From Malacoraja senta (taxonomy: Eukaryota): DNA of 64,000 nt. A program made the translations under genes and the position numbers. This document shows, one piece after another, positions 47,101-56,100 of this stretch (position 1 is the first letter of the stretch; the number at the start of each line of letters is the position of its first letter). The stretch spans positions 16,928,001 through 16,992,000 of the forward strand of contig CM075990.1 in NCBI GenBank assembly GCA_038087875.1, read 5' to 3'. Below the pieces are notes generated by a model, which worked only from the letters and a program-made list of their open reading frames with translations, did no database searches and had not been told where the DNA came from.

Positions 47101-50100
47101 TCTGTGGAATAAAGACTTTATTCTCACCATAAAACTGTGCCCTCTAGTTTTTGACATTTCCGCTTAATTTTCCCTCAACTCCCTTGCCAACGTTCTACCA
47201 ATTAATTCAAATGGATGCCTTCTGATTATCAATGCTTGCCTGGGAACAAAGCCTATTCTTGCTCACCCTGCCTAATTAAGTTCATCATTTTGTACTCAAT
47301 TAAATCTCTTTGCTTCTTCAGTCTCAAAGAAAACAACTCCAGCATCCTCAGTCTCCTCGTAAAATTCTCCTGCCGCGTACTCTCCTCCAGTGCCAACTCA
47401 TCCTCTCTGTAGATGGACAGCTGGAGTAACTCTGCGGGACAGGCAGCATCTCCAGAGACTCCTTCTCTCCATAGATGCTGCCTGCCCCGCTGAGTTGGCA
47501 CTGGAGGAGAGTACGCGGCAGGAGAATTTTACGAGGAGACTGAGGATGCTGGAGTTGTTTTCTTTGAGACTGAAGAAGCAAAGAGATTTAATTGAGTTCC
47601 TTCCTGCACCATCCTCTCTCTGCAGCCTGGAAGCCAGATCCATACACAGGACCTTTGGCCCAAGCAGCGTTTTATACAGACCCTGCATCACTTCCTTGAC
47701 TTTATATTCCAAACCCCAGCCAATAAAGGCCAGTACACCAGAGCAACTAGTGGTTGAATTCTATTTTTTTCCATTCAGATTATTATTGTCACGTGTACCG
47801 AGGTTTTGTTGCGTGCTATCCAGTCAGCAAATAGAATCTACACAATTACAATCAAGCCGTCCACAGTGTACAGATACAGGTTAAAGGGAATATTATTTGG
47901 TAGAAGATAAAGTCCTATTTTTAGATCGTTCAAAGGCCTCCAGTGAAGTAGATGGGAGGTCAGGACCGCTCACTAGTTGGTGAGAGGAGGGTTCAGTTGC
48001 CTGATAACAGCCGGGAAGAAACTGTCCCTGAATCTGGAGGTGGAGGTGTGCGTTTTCACACTTCTATACCACTTGCCTGATGGGAGAAGGGAGAGGAGGG
48101 AGTGACCAGGGGTGAGACTGGTCCTTGATGATGCTGCTGGCCTTGCAGAGGCATCGTGAAGTGTAGATGGAGTCAATGGAAAGGAGGTTGCTTTGTGTGA
48201 TGGTCTGGGCTGCATCCACAACTCTCTGCAATTTCTTGCGGTCTTGGATGGAGCTGTTCCCAAGCCGTGCATCCTGATAATTTGAACTGCTGTCCAACAG
48301 CTCCAGTGATCCAGGGTCAATCCTGTACGGACTGTGTGGAGATCGAACGTTCTCCTTGTGGCTTTTGTCCATTGCCCCAAAGACATACGGGTCAGCTGGT
48401 CAATCGGCCAGTCATTTACTCCTAGTTTGTAGGTGGGGGTAGAAGCAGGGGGGGGGGGGGTTGATGGAATTGTGGGGAAAGGGAATGGGATTAGTGTTAC
48501 CGATGTTTAATGGTCAACTTACTCGATGTGCCGATGGGCCTGTGTCTGTGTAGGATTCTAAACATTTGTCTGGCTGCTCTCAGGGATGTGTCAGGGTCCA
48601 CTCCAGGAACCCTCTGTTCCTCTACACTTTTTTTAACATTAGTAAATCTGACATTATCTCAATTCAACCACAAAGAGGTCTGAAGAAGGGTCTCGACCCG
48701 AAACGTCACCTATTCCTTCGCTCCATAGATGCTGCCTCGCCCGCTGAGTATCTCCAGCATTTCTGTCTACAAAGAGTTGTACGTTTTGCTTTAGGAACCA
48801 CCGATTTAGATCTGAAAATAACAGCGGAACGGTGTGTGGAACTGAAGGCTACAAGTGCCTACCTGCTGTGGTAACTCACTGATCAGGTACTGAGCGAACT
48901 TCTGAAGCTGGTCCCTCTGTAACCGGGATAGTGACTCAGACACTGGAGCCCGAAGACAAACGGCAGATGCCTACAAAATAATCGAGAGGTCATGGTTCAA
49001 TCAGGAGCTGAAAAGATAACTTGGAGATGTTCTGCAGGCTGGTGCAGGGACAATACTCACGTTGTGTATGCGGAAGAGACAGAGAGCCACCACGTGCGCA
49101 CACCACTTGGCACCCGCCCCGCACGTGCAACTACACGATGTTATCCTGCAGCGGTCAAACATTACGGCCACGTTGAAGGCCCCTTTGGCCTGAGCCGTCT
49201 GCAGTGGAACCACAGTGGCACTCAGGTGGAATCCTGATCCAGGCAGCAGAGGGGGCAAGAGAAGAAGATACATTAGTGGTGGCCCCCTTAGCATCTGGAG
49301 CAAGCAGCATTGAATACTAAAGCATCCTGACCTACTCCAGCACTGTGTGTCTCTGTTTGTAGTTACTTGAGCAAACAACAAGCTGCTGGAAGAACTCAAC
49401 AGATCACCCAGAAAAAGGAATAGTAGAATTAGGCCATTCGGCCCATCAGTCTACTCCGCCATTCAATCATGGCTGACCAATCTCTCCCTACTAACCCCAT
49501 TCTCCTGCCTTCGCCCCATAACCTCTGACACCCGTACTAATCAATAATCTATCTATCTCTGTCTTAAAAATATCCACTGACTTGGCCTGCACAGCCTTCC
49601 GCGGCAAAGAATACCGCAGATTCACCCCCTTCTGACTGAAAGAATTTCCCCTCATCTCCTTCTGCCAACTATTCAGCTCCCAATATTCCTGAGCTACTAT
49701 CTACCTCATTGGAGACCCTCGGGCTATCTTTCATCAGACTTTACCTTGCACTAAACATTATTCATGAATACATGATTATTCCCCTTATCATGTATCTGTA
49801 CACTGTGGATGGTTCAATTGTAATCATGTATTGTCTTTCTGCTGACTGGATACCAGGCAACAAAAGCTTTTCACTGTACCTCGGTACATGTGACAATATA
49901 GATGGACACAGAGGGCTGGAGTAACAGTGCATCAGGCAGCATCTCTGGAGAAAATTGATGTGACATTTCATATCGGGACCCTTGTTCAGAATGATCAGTC
50001 AGAAGAAGGGTCCCGACCCGAAACATCACCTAGCCATGTTTTACAGTGATGCTGCCTGACCCGCTGAGTTACTCCAGCACTCTGTGAAACGTCACCTATC

Positions 50101-53100
50101 CATGTTCTCCACAGATGCTGCCTGACCCGCTGAGTTACTCCAGCACTCTGTGAAACGTCACCTATCCATGTTCTCCACAGATGCTGCCCGACCCGCTGAG
50201 TTACTCCAGCACTCTGTGAAACGTCACCTATCCATGTTCTCCACAGATGCTGCCCGACCCGCTGAGTTACTCCAGCACTCTGTGAAACGTCACCTATCCA
50301 TGTTCTCCACAGATGCTGCCTGACCCGCTGAGTTACTCTGGCATTTTGCGTCCATCTTTGGGTATTTATTTACATGTGCAACCCCCACAGAAATGCAGGG
50401 GTCACAAGTACAGCCCGACTCAAGGACAACTAGTTGAACAATCTTTATACACATAAGCCAGTGTTGAAATCTTGACACGGATATATCGCAGGAACCCTTC
50501 CCCCATTCCCAACTGAAGATTATTCCACAGGTACATCTCAGGAACGGAGGTATTCAGGCCTTGAGTTATCGGAAGGGGTGGGATTGGCCTTGAGCCTCAA
50601 GTAGGAGATCCTTAAGCTACTGCCTTACAGCGCCAGAGACCCGAGTTTGATCCTGACTACGGGTGCTATCTGTACATTCTCCCTGTGATCTGCATAGGAT
50701 TTTTTTCCCCGGGATTTCCGGTTTCCTCCCGCACTCCAAAGACGTACTGGTTTGTAGGTTAATTGGCTTGGTATAAATGTAAAATTGTCCCTATTGCGTA
50801 TCGGATAGGGTTAGTGTGCGGGGATCGCTGGTCGGCGCGGACTCAGTGGGCCGAAGGGCCTGTTTCCGCGCTGTATCTCTAAACTAAAAAGAAAGATAAC
50901 TTTGAGAACATTTACCAAATGAGTCATTAATTATCATCTGATCATCCCGCCATTTCATTACAGATTTAGCAACACAACTAGCAACTTTGTGCCACTTATT
51001 GACATGTTGTGTTTGTACTGGGTCTATATCACGAGATGCTGGAGTTGTCTCGGCAGCTCTTCCAATGCACATAATTCATGAGAAGCTGGCCTGCCTTGGC
51101 AGACCAAAGTGCCACAAACCTCAGGGGTTGCTGACAAGGAATCTCTGGGTTGAATGAATTGATATGTACATGAGGAGAGAATCCTCGCAGGTATCCACAC
51201 TGGTACCTGGAGGTTGCAGGATCAGTTGAAGAGGACAGTAAAAAGGTTCACAAAACTCGTGTCTACATAGAGGCACAGAATATTGCCTTGATCTGTCATT
51301 TTCACACCTCACCCTTCCATATCTCTGTGTCTCCCTCTCCCCTGACTTTCAGTCTGAAGAAGGGTTTCTGAACTATAAACTAATCTCCTCTGCCTGCACG
51401 TGATCCGTGTCCCTCCATTCCCTGAATATCCATGTGCCTATCTACACGCCTTTTAAACTCCACTCTTGTATATGCCTCCACAACCACCCCTGGCAGTGCG
51501 TTCCAGGCACCCAGCACTTGTTTATTTTAAATACATTTGAAGCATCTTATGTTTGCAATCTGGCTGGATCGAAACCAGAAGAATTCTCTGGGAAATTATC
51601 TGGAGTACTTCAAAGATAAGGCTTCCATTTGGAGCAGAGCTCAGCGTGACTCAGCTGTGGAAGAAAGCGTTAAAACCCAACACAGCCAACCCGGATAAAA
51701 AGATATTTCCAACACTGTGACTCAAAACTCATTCCAGATCCTTAGTGGTGAAAGTCTATTGAGCTGTAGATAAGAAGGCACAACTCATGTTGGTGTCATA
51801 TACAAATCCATTATTCATAACTTATCAATACCTTAACATGTTTGGATATTGTGCATGTAAAGATATTAGAAATACTTTTCCGAGTTAGGAATAAAAGCCT
51901 TCCTGTTAGTATTCAAAACAAAATTAAATTAAGAGAAGGACATTATAATTGAAGAGGGTTGTGTATTTTTGAAACATGTAAAGTGAGAACCAACACAAAA
52001 TATAGATGTGTCTCAGTTTTGGGAGTCAGATTATGGAACGGGCTTTGTGATGAGTTGACAATTTGTAGCTCTCTGTCGAGTTTCAAAAAAGCCTTAAAAT
52101 GTAAAATAATTAAGGATTATAATGTAAAATGATTAAAATGTCAAATAAGTAAGGATCACAATTTAGAGTAAATTTTATTTTTTTCCTTTCCTTTGTAATG
52201 CTGATATTCTGGGTTATCTTATCTTATGGATTGTATCGGATAGGCAAAAATAAGCTTTGTGGCTTCAGCCTATTCCTTTTTCGGTCATTGATTATGTGAA
52301 CGTTGTGTGAAATGGATACAGTGTTGGTTCATATTCACACAGATTGTAAGGTTTTGTTCTTTTTAATGTATCACCAAAATAAACTATTCATCATCATATC
52401 TTCTTCCAAGACCACTGCGTCCAAAAACAGAAACAAGATCCAAGGCTGCATCAATAGAAGACCCCGATTTTAAAAAAGGACAAGGAAAATATGACGGTCA
52501 CAAGGAACCGCAGCTGTCGGCTTACAAAAAAAAGCACAAAGTGCTGGAGTAACTCAGCAGGTCAGGCAGCATCTGTGGAGAACATGGATAGGTGACGTTT
52601 CACAGAGTGCTGGAGTAACTCAGCGGGTCAGGCAGCATCTGTGGAGCGAAGGAAATGGGCAACCTTTCGGGCCGAAACCCTGAAGGAAATAGGCAACGTT
52701 TCGGGCCGAAACCCGAAAGGGTTTCGGGCCGAAACGTTGCCTATTTCCTTCGCTCCATAGATGCTGCCGCACCCGCTGAGTTTTTCCAGCATTTTGGTCT
52801 ACCTTATCATTTATAGTGTGGTTCCGTATAGCTTACAAAGCACAGAAGTACACTGTGCCAGAGTAACTCAGCGGGTCAGGCAGCATCTGTGGAGAACATG
52901 GATAGGTGACGTTTCACAGAGTGCTGGAGTAACTCAGCGGGTCAGGCAGCATCTGTGGACAACATGGATAGGTGACGTTTCACAGAGTGCTGGAGTAACT
53001 CAGCGGGTCAGGCAGCATCTCTGGAGAACATGGACAGTTGACGTTTGAGGTCAGGACCCTTCTTCTGATTGTTTGTAGTGGGGGGGAGTGGGGAAAGCTG

Positions 53101-56100
53101 GAGGAGAGAAGGGGATGACAGAGCCTGGCAAGTGAGAGGTGAGGGGGGGGGGGGGGGGCTTTGATGGACAGATGGGTGGACAAAGGCCAGAGATGAACAG
53201 AATACCTAAGGCTGTAAGATAAGCAAAGAAGAGGACTGAAATGTAAAGCCAGTGGAAAGGATACAGAGTGAAATGAAAGGGAAACAAGAGATATGGACAG
53301 TGATGCAGAGAGATATAGAACAAATGAATGGACGATATGCAGGAGTAATGATGATAAAGGAAACAGGCCATTGTTAGCTGTGGGCTCGGTGTAAATGAGT
53401 TAGCGACAAGTTTACATCTTGACGTCACGCTGTCGCTGCCTATTCCCACAAGTCAGTGAAAGTACATTTCTGCAGGCTGCCCTCTCCATTGTTGTGAAGG
53501 AATGCAACAATGTGCAGCCAAGACATGGAGCTGTATATTTCCTCAGGGCACTCTCCAAATGACATCCCCCACTGCACCACAACAATGTACAGTGATGATA
53601 GATGTTTGTGCCCTGCCAGCCTTACAGTGGGCAGCTGTAGGAGTGGAATACCATTGTGTTTAGTAACGAGTTCCATGTGGAGCAGGATAAGACGTGACTC
53701 CCACCGACCGAGGGACTTCACCCTGGCCGCAAGTTCGCAAAGTTCTCAGCTGGGCCGGCGGGTAGAGCTGCTTCCTCACAGCGGCAGAGACCCAGGTTCG
53801 ATCCTGACTACAGGTGCAGCCTGTATGGAGTTTGTACGTTCTCCCTGTGACCTGCGTGGGTTTTCTCCGGGCGCTCCGGTTTCCTCCCACATTCCAACGA
53901 CCGACAGATTCGGTAAGAATTGTAAATTGTCCCTGGTGTCTAGGTTGGACGATCGCTGGTCGGCGCGGAGTCGATGGGCCGAAGGGCCTGCTTCTGTACT
54001 GTATCTCTGAGCTTTTTACCAAGGATGGCAAACTTCCTAACCAACATAGACACAAAATGCTGGAGAAACTCAGCAGGACAGGCAGCAACTCTGGAGAGAA
54101 GGAATGGATGACATTTCCAGTCGAGACCCTTCTTCAGATCAAGGAAACTGTGTGCAGTTTTGGTCTCCAGATTTGAGGAAGGACATTCTTGCTATTGAGG
54201 GAGTGCAGCGTTGGTTCACAAGGTTAAAAGCCGGGATGGCGGGACTGACATATGTTGATAGAATGGAGCGGCTGGGCTTGTATACTCTGGAATTCAGAAG
54301 GATGAGATAGGATCTTATAGAATCATACAATTCTTAAAGGATTGGACAGGCGAGATGCAGGAAAAAAATTCCCGATACTGAGGGAGTCCAGAACCAGGGG
54401 CCACAGTTTAAGAATAAGGGGTGGGCCATTTAGAATGGAGATGAGGAAACACGTCTTCACACAGAGAGTTGTGAATCTGTGGAATTCTCTGCCACAGAAG
54501 GCAGTGGAGGCCGATTCACTGGATGTTTTCAAGAGAGAATTAGATTTAGTTCTTAGGGCTAACGGAATCAAGGGATATGGGAAAAAGCAGGAATGGGGTA
54601 CTGATTTTAGCTAATCAGGCATGATCATATTGAATGGCGGTGCTGGCTCGAATATTTCTGTGATATTAAAGAAAACAACTCATTCATTTGCGTTCTCCAA
54701 GGACACAAATCAGCATCACCTGACCAAGTTCGGTGTGTGGTCATCATGACTCATAGAAACTGGTTAGAGGGAGGGAGAAAGCTGGAGCAGAACTGGAGGT
54801 GGCAGAAAGCTTGGCAAGTGATAGGTGGCTGCAGGTCAGGGGAGGGGGTGATTTGCAGAAGTGATGCCGGCTCGAGGTGAAAAGGAGACAACAGGGTTTC
54901 AGATAAGGAGAGAAGAGGAGAAGAGATTATGTCCAGTATCGCGCGGGAAGGAACAGCAGATGCTGGTTTAAACCGAAGGTAGACACAAAAAGCTGGAGTA
55001 ACTCAGCGGGACAGGCAGCAGCTCTGGAGAGAAGGAATGGGTGATGTTTCGGGTTGAGACCTTTCAATAGACAATAGGTGCAGGAGTAGGCCATTCGGCC
55101 CTTTGAGCCAGCACCATCATTCAATGTGATCATGGCTGATCATCCACATTCAGTACCCGGTTCCTGCCTTCTCCCCATATCCCCTGACTCCACTATCTTT
55201 AAGAGCTCTATCTAACTCTCTCTTGAAAGCATCCAGAGAACCGGCCTCCGCCACCCTCTGAGGCAGAGAATTCCACGGACTCACAACTCTCTGGGTAACT
55301 CTCTTTCTTCAGACTGATGTCAGGGGAGAGGGAGATAAGGATGTGTACGGTGTGAAAACAGGGCAAAGGGAATGGGGATCAAGGAACATGTAGACTAGAT
55401 CATTGTTAGCTGGGAGAAGGTAACAACTAAACAGAGATAATCCACTGAACTGACAGTCAGGCCCAAAGGTCAAGCAACTACAGCGCCACCCACATGCATT
55501 ATGCATTAATCAGTGTAATACTACTCGTTATAAAATATCTTATGACTTATGATCAATAATAGTGCAAGACACTTGCTATTTATAATGAATGAGCTCTTAA
55601 TCAGACTTGGATAAATACTTCTTGACATTGGCCACGTTACTGCTCAATGGTTGGGTAATGGACATGCAGCAAACAAAATGGAAGCTGAAAACCAATTGTT
55701 CATGGTATGAGGCTAAATGGTGCAGTGAAAGACTTGGTTCTGCATGCTGTAGGTCGACATAAAATGCTGGAGTAACTCAGCGGGACAGGCAGCATCTCTG
55801 GAGAGAAGGGATGGGTAACGTTTTGGGTCATGATGCTTCTTCAGACTGAGCTCTGTCCAGAGATGCAGCCTGTGGAGAACCTATCCATGTTCTCCACAGA
55901 TGCTGCCTGACCTGCTGAGTTACTCCAGCACTCTGTGAAACGTCACCTATCCATGTTCTCCACGGATGCTGCCTGACCCGCTGAGTTACTCCAGCACTCT
56001 GTGAAACATCACCTATCCATGTTCTCCACGGATGCTGCCTGACCCGCTGAGTTACTCCAGCACTCTGTGAAACGTCACCTATCCATGTTCTCCACGGATG

